Below are positions 39,874 through 53,191 of a stretch of DNA of 64,000 bases, one piece after another. Positions within the stretch are counted from its first letter, which is position 1. Each line of letters opens with the position of its first letter. The position numbers were made by a program, and so were the translations under genes. Below the pieces are notes generated by a model. It was not told where the DNA came from. It saw nothing but the letters and a program-made list of their open reading frames with translations, and made no database searches. The DNA comes from Gemmatimonadota bacterium. GTDB taxonomy: Bacteria; Gemmatimonadota; Gemmatimonadetes; Gemmatimonadales; GWC2-71-9. Where the stretch lies: assembly GCA_039588255.1 (NCBI GenBank), contig JBDHAF010000019.1, forward strand, positions 3,101 to 67,100, in the 5' to 3' direction.

Positions 39874-41042
39874 GAACCCGTTGCCGTGCGATAGAGCACT
39901 TCCAGCATTCCCCGTACCTCCTCCGTCACTTCCACGTCCCGCCGGGGCATGACCCGGGACGCCACGGTGAGAAACCCGTCGACGTTCGTCATCTCTCCAT
40001 TGGTGCCCCACGAGAACGGCGGGAGGTACTTGACCGGCCTCGCGGCGCCGAACACGTTGGCGCCCGCGCCGATCACGGCTCCGGTATCCAGCAGGGTGCC
40101 GATGCCAGTCTTTGCGTGATCCCCGATCAAGCTGCCGAGCTTCTGCCGATGTGTTTCGATCGTTTCGTCGCCCAAGCGCAAGCGGACGTGGCCGTAGGTG
40201 TTTTTGAGATCGGAGGTGATGGTGTCCGCTCCCAGGTTGACCCATCGCCCGATAACCGAATGTCCGATAAACCCGTCGTGCGCTTTGTTGATGTACCCCA
40301 GGAACACGGAGTCGGCGATTTCACCGCGAATCCTGCAGCGCGGGCCGAACACCGACGTCTCAATCAACCCGCCGAGCACCTGGGTGCCGGGGCCGACATA
40401 CACGGGGCCCTCAAACCGCGTGCCCGACTTCACATAGACATGCTGTTCCAGCACCACCGCACCGTTCCGCACATCGAAGGTGACTCCCGGCTCGACACGG
40501 GCGCCTGCCAGTATCACGTCCGCGGGATCGCCGATGATCACGCATTCATCGGGGAGCGCGTCGCCTCCTTCGTTGATGAAGTCCGCCACGTCCGCCACGA
40601 GGAAATGCTCGAGGGCCGTGATGATGTCGTACGCACCGTGCAGGAGAAATCCCTCGAGCTCCACCGCGTCCCAATCCTCGTGGTCACCCTGGTCCCAGGT
40701 GGACCCCTCGGGTACCCACCAACCCACGGTGGTGTCGTCGTTGACGAACCGCACCGGTTGTGCGGGGAGTCTCGGTGAGATCCCAGTGGGAGCAAAATCG
40801 GAGCGGCCCACGATGGCAGGGCCGGGGCAGGGCTCGGACGCGCGCACGGTGGGTGCGGCGTCTTCGACGAACGCATGGAGGCGCTGCGGGCCAAAGATGG
40901 CCTGCGTGTCTCCTCCGGCGATGGCCTCCCACCGCTCCCGGATCAACCACGCGCCAGCCCGCAACTCGCTTGCGGGGCGGGATTCACAGAATGGAGCCCA
41001 CTGCAGGCTGGGCTCTGGATCAATCAGGTAGAGATTCGGCAT
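39870..41042 (-). CDS. putative sugar nucleotidyltransferase with left-handed beta-helix (GlmU/RfbA-like; resembles the 'alternative bacterial GlmU' type)
   Basis: The N-terminus LYLIDPEPSLQWAPFCESRPASELRAGAWLIRERWE is followed by hexapeptide-repeat-like segments (VIIGDPADVILAGARVEPGVTFDVRNGAVVLEQHVYVKSGTRFEGPVYVGPGTQV...). The subfamily assignment is from memory and is not verified. Confidence 0.6.
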   Translation of the reverse strand: MPNLYLIDPEPSLQWAPFCESRPASELRAGAWLIRERWEAIAGGDTQAIFGPQRLHAFVEDAAPTVRASEPCPGPAIVGRSDFAPTGISPRLPAQPVRFVNDDTTVGWWVPEGSTWDQGDHEDWDAVELEGFLLHGAYDIITALEHFLVADVADFINEGGDALPDECVIIGDPADVILAGARVEPGVTFDVRNGAVVLEQHVYVKSGTRFEGPVYVGPGTQVLGGLIETSVFGPRCRIRGEIADSVFLGYINKAHDGFIGHSVIGRWVNLGADTITSDLKNTYGHVRLRLGDETIETHRQKLGSLIGDHAKTGIGTLLDTGAVIGAGANVFGAARPVKYLPPFSWGTNGEMTNVDGFLTVASRVMPRRDVEVTEEVRGMLEVLYRTATGS

Positions 41043-41067
41043 GTCGGTAGTTGTTAAGTGTTCCGCG

Positions 41068-42141
41068 TCAGGCTTTGGGTGTCTCGCCGGGCCCGGTGAA
41101 CCTCGGCGATAGAGAAGCCAGCAATTCCTTGAGGTGAGCGGACCTTTCTGGTGTGGTCACGAGAGTTACACCGTTCGCCTGTACGACCACCAGATCCTGA
41201 ACTCCGTCGAGAACGACGGCGCCCTCTTCGGCCCAGACGACACAGTTCGAGGTGTCCCGCTGCTCGGTTTCGCCCACTAGGACGTTGCCCGACTCGTCCA
41301 CCGACCGCACCCGGGCGAGGGCACTCCACGTCCCCACGTCATCCCACGGAAACTCCCCTGGTACGACGGCGACCCGCCCGCTCCGCTCGAAGTGGGAATA
41401 GTCCACCGCGATTGGCGTCACCGTGGCAAAGAAGTCGTCCACTGCGCCTGTCTCCAGATGCTCCAACGATGCGGCGATTTCGGGGGCCACGGCCCGCGTC
41501 TCCGCGAGGAAACGCGTTCCGGTCCACGCAAACATCCCGCTGTTCCACAGTGCTCCCGCGCCGACCAATCTCGCAGCTTCCGCGCTGTCGGGTTTTTCCG
41601 TGAAGCGGGCCACACGCCGTGCGTCCCGGTCGAACGGTTCCCCGGGTTCGATGTACCCATACCCGACGTCCGGCCGGCTCGGCACGATCCCCACCGTAAC
41701 GAGCACGTCTTGGCTCTCGGCTACCTCCAGGGCTCTCGCTGCCGTCTCACGAAACGCCGCGTCGTCTCCCACGAACCAGTCGGCATGCAACGAGAGAATG
41801 GACGCCTCGGCGTCCCGCAGCACCGCGGTTATGGTGGCCCAAGTGAGGGCCGGGCCGGTGGAAGCCGGACGGGGCTCACCGAGGATGTTCTCCTTTGGAA
41901 TCTCGGGAAGCAGCTTCGCGGTTTGTGCGCTGAGCCGCTCCGCGGTCACGACGAGCACCTGTGACGGCGGGATGAGGCCGTCGAGGCGGCGCACGGCCTG
42001 CTCGAGCATTGACGTATCTCCGGCAAGAGAGAGCATCTGCTTCGGCGTGTCCGGCGTGGAAAGGGGCCAGAACCGTGTTCCCGAGCCGCCGGCCAGGACA
42101 GCCGCCCAACGACTCACGGAGATCCTCCCGGTGCAAAGCAA
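41068..42141 (-). CDS. manC: mannose-1-phosphate guanylyltransferase (nucleotidyltransferase domain only)
   Basis: AVLAGGSGTRFWPLSTPDTPKQML and GYGYIEPG. At 357 aa it lacks a cupin/isomerase domain. The start may be a few codons downstream. Confidence 0.85.
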   Translation of the reverse strand: MLCTGRISVSRWAAVLAGGSGTRFWPLSTPDTPKQMLSLAGDTSMLEQAVRRLDGLIPPSQVLVVTAERLSAQTAKLLPEIPKENILGEPRPASTGPALTWATITAVLRDAEASILSLHADWFVGDDAAFRETAARALEVAESQDVLVTVGIVPSRPDVGYGYIEPGEPFDRDARRVARFTEKPDSAEAARLVGAGALWNSGMFAWTGTRFLAETRAVAPEIAASLEHLETGAVDDFFATVTPIAVDYSHFERSGRVAVVPGEFPWDDVGTWSALARVRSVDESGNVLVGETEQRDTSNCVVWAEEGAVVLDGVQDLVVVQANGVTLVTTPERSAHLKELLASLSPRFTGPGETPKA

Positions 42142-42222
42142 ACGCCGTTCGTTAACAGCCTGGGGTGCGGGGAATACGTCAGATTGAAGTTACCGAGGAG
42201 GGAAGGGCCTCGCATGGCCGGC

Positions 42223-42612
42223 TCAGAGAAGCTCGGCGATGGCGGTGCGATATCTGCGTAGCTCGTACAACAAACCACCCACGTTCGTCGTGGGTTGGAC
42301 GACGATGGCGATGAGGGTATCGTCTGTCACCACGCTCACCACCACAAAACCGGCGCCGTATTCCATGACTCCGGCGTTGAACTCGCCCCGCGTGCCCGCC
42401 TCGCCGAGTCTCCCACATGCTTCGACGAGCGACGGAACGAGGGCGGCAACTCCGTCGGCATCCGACCCGTTGTGCGAGAACGAGTCGATGGTCAGACCGT
42501 CTCTGCCCAACACGACGACGGTCTCGACTCCACCGAACTGGCCAAGTGCCTGGACAACATCACGGATGGTAGCCATCGGCGGCAAGCTAGAGACGCCCAG
42601 ACCCGAAGTCAA
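42223..42612 (-). CDS. Roadblock/LC7 (MglB-like) domain protein
   Basis: VVVLGRDGLTIDSF...LVPSLVEACGRLGEAG...VMEYGAGFVVVSVVTDDTLIAIVVQ matches the roadblock fold pattern. The start may be ATG 42576 (MATIRDVV). Confidence 0.7.
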   Translation of the reverse strand: MTSGLGVSSLPPMATIRDVVQALGQFGGVETVVVLGRDGLTIDSFSHNGSDADGVAALVPSLVEACGRLGEAGTRGEFNAGVMEYGAGFVVVSVVTDDTLIAIVVQPTTNVGGLLYELRRYRTAIAELL

Positions 42613-42678
42613 GCAAGCGTTTCCGCTTGACCCCCCACCCGGACCCGACTAATCTTCTCCGATTCAGGTACGTGCCCT

Positions 42679-45719
<3,041 letters not shown>

Positions 45720-45723
<4 letters not shown>

Positions 45724-47939
45724 CCCCACTCCAACTCAACGAGCCGCAACAGGAGGCGGTACGATACCGCGGCGGACCCGCACTGGTGTTGGCGGGCGCT
45801 GGCTCGGGAAAGACCCGCGTGTTGACGGCCCGCATCGCCCACCTGGTGCAAGAACACGGGGTGCCGCCGTACCACATCTTCGCCGTGACCTTCACGAACC
45901 GGGCGGCCGGGGAGATGCGTCGGCGGGTCGGTGAGCTGTTGGGCAGTGATCCGGCCGGATTGTGGATTGGGACCTTTCACTCCCTCTCGGCGCGGATTCT
46001 CCGCCGGGAAGCCGAGTTGCTTGGCTTTACCAACCGGTTCACCATCTACGACGACGGCGATCAACTGGCGCTCATCAAGCGGCTACTGGAGCGAGCCGGC
46101 TACGCTCCCAAGACCTTTCCACCGCGCCTGGTACGGGCCATCGTGTCCAACGCCAAGAATCACTTGAAACCGCCCGAGGAGCTGGCCGCTGAGGTCCACG
46201 ATCCCGTCGAGCGCGTGGCGGCGGAGATCTTCCTGGCGTACAACCAGGCGCTCGTTGCACAAAACGCCATGGACTTCGACGACCTGCTGCTCCATCCTCT
46301 CACCCTGTTTCGAGAGCACCCGGAGCGGCTCGCCGTCTATCAGGAGCGTTTTCGCGCGGTGCTCGTGGATGAATTTCAGGACACGAATCGGGCCCAGTAT
46401 CTCCTGGTGCGGAACCTGAGCGCGGTGCACCGCGATCTCTGCGTCGTCGGGGACGACGATCAATCGATCTATGGTTGGCGGGGAGCGGACCTGCGGAACA
46501 TGCTGGACTTCCAACAGGATTTTCCCGACGCCACCGTGTACCGGCTCGAGGAGAACTACCGCTCCACGCAGATGGTCCTCGACGCCGCCAACGGCGTGAT
46601 CGCCGAGAACGTCGATCGCCTGGGAAAGACGTTGTTTACGTCGCGTCCGGGGGGCGAGCCCGTCAACGTCGTGGCGACAGCCGACGAACGCGACGAAGCG
46701 GAGTGGTTCGCCCGCGAGTTTCGGGAGCGCTCGGCATCGGATCACTACCTCTTCTCTGACATGGCGGTGCTCTATCGCACCAACGCACAGTCGAGAGCGT
46801 TCGAGGAGGCTTTCCGGCGGGTAGCCATCCCGCATCGCGTGGTGGGATCGGTCAGCTTCTACAATCGACGGGAGGTGCGTGACCTCATCGCCTACCTTCG
46901 CCTGATCGCCAACCCGGCCGACGACCAAGCATTCCTTCGGGCGGTTCAAATTCCCAAACGCGGTCTCGGCGTGGCAAGCCTCCGCAACCTCCAGGCTGCG
47001 GCCCTTCAATGGCACCGGCCGATGTTAGACACCGCCGGCATCGCCGACCGCATAATCGAGCTTCGGCCTCCGGCCAAAAACGCCTTCCGCGCGTTCGCAG
47101 AGCTCATCACCAATCTCGGTGCGGCGGCGGAGCACGCGGCACCTGCGGCGATCCTGGAACGGGTGATCGAGGCCATAGATTACGAATCGTATCTGAGCCA
47201 AGAAGGACTCGAAGGCGTCGAGCGAATGGAGAACGTCCGCGAGCTCCTGGCGAGCGCCGCCGAATGGTCGGAGGAGGTGGAGCCGGACGAGCCGGGAACC
47301 CCTCTCGAGCGGTTCCTCGCGACGGCCGCGCTGACCACCTCCGACGAGTCCACCGAAGGGGATCCGGAAGGCGTGCAGCTAATGACGGTTCACACGGCCA
47401 AGGGATTGGAGTGGCCGATTGTCGCCGTGGCCGGGTTGGAGGATGGTCTCTTCCCGCTCAGTCGGACGCTGGAAGCCCCCGGGGGGATCGACGAAGAGCG
47501 GCGACTCATGTACGTGGCGATTACCAGAGCCCGCGACCGGGTGTACTTGTCGTGGGCCCGGGCGCGTCGCCGTGGAGGACAGCTCATGCCGGGGCTTCCG
47601 TCCCGCTTCATCGAAGCGGTTCCCCCCGAAGTCGTCGAAGAGCGACGCAGTAGCGGCGTGTTCGGGGCGGACTGGTTCCGCAAGCCGGCCAAGCCCAAGG
47701 CGTTCTCCCCCGCTCTTGGCACGCCGGAATCGATCCCCGAGATGGAGTCTCAAGACACGCCGCGATACATCAAGGGCGAGCGCGTGCGACACCGGACGTT
47801 CGGGTCGGGGACCATCTTGGGCCTCTCCGGCACGGGACGCGACCTGAAGGTCGTGATCGAGTTCGACGACGAGGAGCACGCGACGAAACAACTCCTCGTA
47901 GCCTACGCCGGCCTCGAACGGGATTGGGACTCGGCGTGA
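45720..47939 (+). CDS. UvrD/PcrA-type ATP-dependent DNA helicase
   Basis: GTGA overlap with the kinase gene. Contains LNEPQQEAV, AGAGSGKTRVL, VDEFQDTN, VGDDDQSIYGWRGA, YRS, and the C-terminal HRTFGSGTILG motif. Confidence 0.93.
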
Positions 47940-48238
47940 GGGTGCCCCGCGAGGAGGTCGAACGGATCGCACGGCTGGCTGCGCTGGCCGTAAACGAGTC
48001 TTCGCTCGCCGAGCTCACCACGCAGATCGGTGAGATCCTGGAGTACGTCGCGCAGCTGGAAGGGATAGAAACCGACGAACCTTCCGGGCCCGTCCATCTC
48101 GGGCCCGAACGAGCACCGCTCCGGCCGGACACAAGAGATCCAACCCCCTTGACGTTGACACCCCGAGAGATGGCGCCGGAGTTCGACGAGGATTTCTACG
48201 TCGTGCCCAAGGTGGAAGGGGTAGGGGACGAGGAATGA
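47936..48238 (+). CDS. gatC: Asp/Glu-tRNA amidotransferase subunit C
   Basis: GTG at 47936 overlaps the helicase stop (alternatives TTG 47924, GTG 47942). EEVERIARLAALAV...EILEYVAQL is typical of GatC, and gatA follows. Confidence 0.85.
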   Translation: MRVPREEVERIARLAALAVNESSLAELTTQIGEILEYVAQLEGIETDEPSGPVHLGPERAPLRPDTRDPTPLTLTPREMAPEFDEDFYVVPKVEGVGDEE

Positions 48239-49623
48239 CCGACCTGCTCCGGGGGGCAGACGAAGCCGCAGCGCGAATTGCCGCCAGCGAAGAGACCGGT
48301 CTCAACGCGGCAATCTCGTTCGACGCCGAAGTCATCCGGCGGCAGGCGCAGGAACTGAGCGAGCGCACCGACGACCTGCCTCTCGCGGGCTTGGCGGTCG
48401 GGGTGAAGGACAACATCTGCACGCACGAATACCCCACCACGTGCGCCTCCCGAATCCTCGAGCACTACCGGTCGCCGTACGAGGCTACAGCAGTGCGTCG
48501 CCTCAAGGCCGCCGGCGCCATCGTCGCCTGCAAGACCAACATGGACGAGTTCGGCATGGGGTCGTCGACGGAACATTCCGCCTTCGGACGAGTGCGTCAT
48601 CCGCTGGACCCGGGCCGCGTTGCCGGAGGCTCGTCAGGCGGCTCCGCCGCCCTCGTGGCCGCAGGGGCGGTGCGCTCGGCGCTGGGGTCTGAAACGGGCG
48701 GCTCGGTGCGCCAGCCCGCGGCGTTCTGCGGCGTCGTGGGCGTCAAGCCGAGCTACGGCCGGGTGAGCCGGTACGGGCTGGTGGCGTTCGGAAGCTCGTT
48801 GGACCAGATCGGGGTTGTGGGACGGACGGTCGCCGATGCCACGACGGTGCTCGAGCTGATCTCGGGACGCGATCCACACGATTCCACTTGTGCCGATCGG
48901 GATCCTCTCCACGCGCCACTCGAGCGCCAAGACCTCGGCGGGCTCGTGGTGGGGGTCCCGGCCGAATACTTCCCGGACAATCTGAGCGTCGCCATTCGAT
49001 CCGGGTGCGATCGCACCGTCGAGACCTTGCGGCGACTGGGCGCGACCGTGAGAGAGGTATCACTCCCGCATACCCCGCTGGCAGTGCCGTGCTATTACGT
49101 CATTGCTCCGGCAGAGGCGAGCGCCAATCTCGCACGATTCGACGGGGTAAGATACGGGCTTCGTATTCCACAAGCCGACCTCCATGCCCTATACCGGGAG
49201 ACGCGGGGCAGGGGATTTGGAGAGGAAGTCCGCCGCCGGATCATTGTCGGCACATATGTGCTTTCCTCCGGATATTACGAGGCCTACTACGGGAAGGCCC
49301 AACTGGCACGCCGCCGCATCTCAGGTGACTTCGACCAGGCCTTCGCGAGCGGCATCGACCTGCTGTTCGCACCAACGACACCCACCACGGCATTCAAGGC
49401 GGGTGAACACGTCCGTAACCCGGTGGCGATGTATCTCTCCGACGTGTTCGTCTGCGCCGCCAACCTCGCCGGCATTCCGGCGGTATCGCTCCCGATCGGT
49501 AGATCATCCGAGGGGTTGCCCGTGGGGGCACAGCTCATGGCCCCCGCGTTCGAGGAGGCGTTGCTGTTGGACACCGCCCACGTGATCGAACAGCACACCG
49601 ATCCACTCGAGGAAATCCGATGA
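48235..49623 (+). CDS. gatA: Asp/Glu-tRNA amidotransferase subunit A
   Basis: ATGA overlap. Amidase signature GGSSGGSAALVAAG...GSETGGSVRQPA. Confidence 0.95.
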   Translation: MTDLLRGADEAAARIAASEETGLNAAISFDAEVIRRQAQELSERTDDLPLAGLAVGVKDNICTHEYPTTCASRILEHYRSPYEATAVRRLKAAGAIVACKTNMDEFGMGSSTEHSAFGRVRHPLDPGRVAGGSSGGSAALVAAGAVRSALGSETGGSVRQPAAFCGVVGVKPSYGRVSRYGLVAFGSSLDQIGVVGRTVADATTVLELISGRDPHDSTCADRDPLHAPLERQDLGGLVVGVPAEYFPDNLSVAIRSGCDRTVETLRRLGATVREVSLPHTPLAVPCYYVIAPAEASANLARFDGVRYGLRIPQADLHALYRETRGRGFGEEVRRRIIVGTYVLSSGYYEAYYGKAQLARRRISGDFDQAFASGIDLLFAPTTPTTAFKAGEHVRNPVAMYLSDVFVCAANLAGIPAVSLPIGRSSEGLPVGAQLMAPAFEEALLLDTAHVIEQHTDPLEEIR

Positions 49624-51044
49624 TCTGGGAGACGGTGATCGGTCTCGAGGTGCACGTCCAACTCGCGACGCAATCCAAGATGTTCTGCGGGTGTTCCGCC
49701 GCGTTCGGCGACCGCGCCAACACGAACGTGTGTCCGGTTTGTCTCGGATTGCCCGGCGCATTGCCCGTCGCTAACCTCGAGGCGGTTCGACTCGCGGCAC
49801 GGGCCGCCTTCGCCCTCGAGTTCACGATCCATCCCACGAGTGTCTTTGCCCGGAAGAATTATTTCTATCCGGACTTGCCGAAGGGGTATCAGATTTCCCA
49901 GTTCGACAAACCCCTCGCCACGCACGGTCGTTTGACCATCGGGTCGTCCGATCGAGACGACGTATCGATCCGCATGGCGCGCCTCCATCTCGAGGAGGAC
50001 GCGGGGAAGTCGCTACACGATCGATTCGTGGGGAAAACGGCGTTGGATTTCAACCGGTCGGGGGTACCCCTGGCCGAGATCGTGAGCGAGCCGGATCTCC
50101 GTTCACCTGGTGAGGCCCGGGCCTATCTCGTCGCCCTGAAGCAAGTCCTGCAGTACCTGGAGGTGTCCGATTGCAGCATGGAGGAAGGGAGCCTTCGCGT
50201 CGATGCCAACCTGTCGGTCCGGCGTGCGGGTGACTCCACGTTGGGGGTCAAACAGGAAGTCAAGAACATGAACTCGTTCGCCGCGGTCGAGCGGGCGCTG
50301 GAGCAAATGCGCGACAGCCAGATCGCGCTGCTGGAGGTGGATGAGGCGGTGGAGCTGGCAACGTTCTCGGCAGCGACGGGTGAGCTGCGGATGATGCGAA
50401 CCAAGGAAGAGAGCCACGACTACCGCTATTTCCCGGAGCCAGACCTGCCGCCCCTTGCCCTCGCCGAGGACTGGATCGACGGGGAACGCACGACCCTTCC
50501 GGAACTACCCCGCGCCAAGCGCAGGCGATTTCAACAAGCGTACGGCCAGCGCCCCTACGATGCCGAAGTGCTCACGGCAACGCGCGCCGTCGGGGACTAC
50601 TTCGAAGAGGTCGTCAGCACGGGCGCCGCATCGCAGGCCGCGACGAAATGGGTCATGGGTTCGGTGCTTCAGGATGCCAACGCCAACGACGGGGCCCTCC
50701 GAATCGATCCCCGGCGACTCGCCGCCCTCATCGGCATGGTGGCACGTGGCGACCTGTCCGAACAGGCAGCCAAACGCGTGTTCGCCGAGCTTCCCGCGAC
50801 GGACGACGAGCCAGAGGCGGTGGCGCAGCGGCTCGGACTGCTCCAGGTCAGCGACCGCCGTCGGATCACCGAATGGGTGAACACGGTGCTTTCCGTGCAC
50901 CCTGAGGAAGTTGCCAGATACCACGAAGGCGATCACAAGCTCGTGGGCTTCTTTATGGGAAAGGTGATGCAGGAATCCGGCGGAAAGGCCGACCCAAAGA
51001 AGGTGCGGGCGGTCCTGGTGGAGCGGCTGTCGCAGATGGAATGA
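49620..51044 (+). CDS. gatB: Asp/Glu-tRNA amidotransferase subunit B
   Basis: ATGA overlap. Contains WETVIGLEVHVQL, MFCGC, CPVCLGLPGALP and a C-terminal YqeY-like tail. Confidence 0.95.
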   Translation: MIWETVIGLEVHVQLATQSKMFCGCSAAFGDRANTNVCPVCLGLPGALPVANLEAVRLAARAAFALEFTIHPTSVFARKNYFYPDLPKGYQISQFDKPLATHGRLTIGSSDRDDVSIRMARLHLEEDAGKSLHDRFVGKTALDFNRSGVPLAEIVSEPDLRSPGEARAYLVALKQVLQYLEVSDCSMEEGSLRVDANLSVRRAGDSTLGVKQEVKNMNSFAAVERALEQMRDSQIALLEVDEAVELATFSAATGELRMMRTKEESHDYRYFPEPDLPPLALAEDWIDGERTTLPELPRAKRRRFQQAYGQRPYDAEVLTATRAVGDYFEEVVSTGAASQAATKWVMGSVLQDANANDGALRIDPRRLAALIGMVARGDLSEQAAKRVFAELPATDDEPEAVAQRLGLLQVSDRRRITEWVNTVLSVHPEEVARYHEGDHKLVGFFMGKVMQESGGKADPKKVRAVLVERLSQME

Positions 51045-51058
51045 TCGGAGCGGTCGTG

Positions 51059-52030
51059 TCAGCCGCTCTGGTTTTTGCCCTGATTGGTCTTTTCCTGCGT
51101 TGGCGCCCCATTCCCATGCCACGGCCGGTGTGACTGAGAGACATCCCAGTAGGGCACCGGGGTCTGGGGCACGGCGAAATGCTCGTCGGCAATGTGCGCC
51201 AGCTGCGACAGCGGGGGGGAAACGATCCCCTTTACCACATCCAACCGCATGCGTTTGGCCAAACGCAACGAGCTCTCCCCGGACGGGTCCAGCCGTCGCG
51301 GGGCGGGGGCTTCCTCGACCCCCAGCAACTCCATCACGTACTGGAAGGCCGACCCCATGTACCGCTCCATATCCTCGCCGGCGATGTCCCAGCGACTCTG
51401 CTTGTCGGCGACGCGGACGATGCGCTGCCAACTCTGTGTCTCCGTGACGCCGACCATTCCCCGAAACAGCCGACGGCTCGTTCTGACGGAAAACACGGTC
51501 GGAGCCAAGATCTGATCGAGGTGGGAATCCGCTGCGCCGTGCCCCAGCCGGATGACGTCCATGGCCGTCGCCGCATACTGCGGTCCGAGCTGAGTCTCGA
51601 AACGGCTCTCCCAATAAGAATGTCCCAGCGCGATCGTCCGCGACGTGACGACGAGCTGGCGCGGTACGTAATAGTTGTGGGCGACGGTGTCGGCGGCGAG
51701 GTGGGCGAGATACCCGAGACCAAAGGCCTTGAGGGCGTCAGTCTCCGCCCGATCGTAGATCTCCTGTCCGACGTGCCACGAATGGCAATGCCTTCCCACC
51801 GGGGCGTACTTCTTTGCCATGGAGGTGTCGGCGGCGATGTTGCCGTACAGAAAATCGTAAGGAAAGGCCCGCAGCAGGGTCGCGACGGCTTCGGGAATCT
51901 GATTCAGGTTGGCGAGGACCGATTCACCCAAGAAGATATGCGTCGCCGGCGTCCAGGCGAACGCCTCGCGAGGGAACACCGCCATCAAGACCAGCACTCC
52001 CCCGAAAACGGCAAGCCACCGTCGTGTCAT
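51059..52030 (-). CDS. zinc-dependent phospholipase C-like family protein
   Basis: A signal peptide is followed by WTPATHIFLGE and GYLAHLAADTVAHN, His-rich motifs typical of the Zn_dep_PLPC family. Confidence 0.6.
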   Translation of the reverse strand: MTRRWLAVFGGVLVLMAVFPREAFAWTPATHIFLGESVLANLNQIPEAVATLLRAFPYDFLYGNIAADTSMAKKYAPVGRHCHSWHVGQEIYDRAETDALKAFGLGYLAHLAADTVAHNYYVPRQLVVTSRTIALGHSYWESRFETQLGPQYAATAMDVIRLGHGAADSHLDQILAPTVFSVRTSRRLFRGMVGVTETQSWQRIVRVADKQSRWDIAGEDMERYMGSAFQYVMELLGVEEAPAPRRLDPSGESSLRLAKRMRLDVVKGIVSPPLSQLAHIADEHFAVPQTPVPYWDVSQSHRPWHGNGAPTQEKTNQGKNQSG

Positions 52031-52033
52031 CCG

Positions 52034-52516
52034 TCAGCGCTTTCTTCTGCGCTTCTTCTTTCCCGGTCCCAGGAACACGCGCTTCATCGACCGAAGGATC
52101 GTCGTTCCGCGCCTCGTGGTCCGCAACGCCGCAGCAACGTCGAGGGCCGTCTCTTCCATTTCTTCCTGCAAGACATCAAACAACGCCTCCAAGTCCAACA
52201 GGCGATCTTCCGCGGCTTCGGCGGCGTTGCGCACTCGTTTCCGGATGTCCTGGGAGGTTTCCACCACCCCGTCGATCTCCGATCGCAACTTCACGGCCAC
52301 CTGATTCGCCTCCGCGACGACCGACTTGGCGTTCGCGATCAGCGGTTGCGTGTCCTTCTCGATAGCCGACAAGAACCGCTCCAGCGCGGCGCCCGTTTTG
52401 AGAGCCTGCCGCAGCGCCGGCATCGCGAACACGACGACTCCTACGGCAATCAACGCGATGACTGCGGTGGCGATAGCCGTGACAACAGGGGCCCAACCCA
52501 TCAGGCTGCACTCCAA
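52034..52516 (-). CDS. DUF948-like membrane-anchored coiled-coil protein
   Basis: It has one N-terminal TM helix (WAPVVTAIATAVIALIAVGVVVF), then a helical region and a basic tail KKKRRRKR. The start may be ATG 52501. Confidence 0.55.
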   Translation of the reverse strand: MECSLMGWAPVVTAIATAVIALIAVGVVVFAMPALRQALKTGAALERFLSAIEKDTQPLIANAKSVVAEANQVAVKLRSEIDGVVETSQDIRKRVRNAAEAAEDRLLDLEALFDVLQEEMEETALDVAAALRTTRRGTTILRSMKRVFLGPGKKKRRRKR

Positions 52517-52656
52517 TCCAACACCGGCTGGGGTGTCATGTGCGGTGGTGCTGATCCATGGGATATTGCCGTCAAGGGCTGATCTCCATTTGGATTGGTG
52601 GTCATAATCTCGTCAATCGGCATCGATCGTGTCTGGAGCCTACGTCACCAGGACGG

Positions 52657-53010
52657 TCATTCTTCTCCCGCGGTCAACTCCGGGGCAAGTCCAACGACTC
52701 GATTGAGTGGCACGGTAAACAGAATGCCGGTGGACGCCTCGGCAAAGCTCCCACACACCCGCTGCACCATGTCGATCGCCGCCTGGAGCACGTCCGGCGA
52801 CTCGATCACGGAGAGAATCGTGGTGTTCTGGGGGCGCGACCGCGACATGAGCGTCTGCAGTCCGGCGAAGACCGGCACGTCCTGCGACAAGACACGCCCC
52901 ATGCCCTCGGTGTGTATGACCGTTGCCCCCGTTACGCCCAGCTCGAGGAAGCCCGAGAGGATTTCCTCGAGTTTTTCGTCCCGATTCACCACACAAACCA
53001 ACAATTCCAT
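52657..53010 (-). CDS. P-II-like fold small protein (hypothetical)
   Basis: From ATG 53010, MELLVCVVNRDEKLEEILSGFLELGVTGATVIHTEGMG... has the beta-alpha-beta start and size of P-II-like proteins. This is a weak assignment. Confidence 0.4.
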   Translation of the reverse strand: MELLVCVVNRDEKLEEILSGFLELGVTGATVIHTEGMGRVLSQDVPVFAGLQTLMSRSRPQNTTILSVIESPDVLQAAIDMVQRVCGSFAEASTGILFTVPLNRVVGLAPELTAGEE

Positions 53011-53191
53011 AATATTGGGTCGGTGCTGGAAGCCGAAGGTTGGACTGCCCACGCTCGAGCATGCCGTAGCAACGCCTCAATCTCGCATTTGGGCCGGGTT
53101 AACAGAAGTGCCCGCCGCCCGCGCAACCGCCGGACCGTGCCGACGTTACTAAGGAACACTTAAGGGGTGGCGGGGACAACCAGGTTACCAT

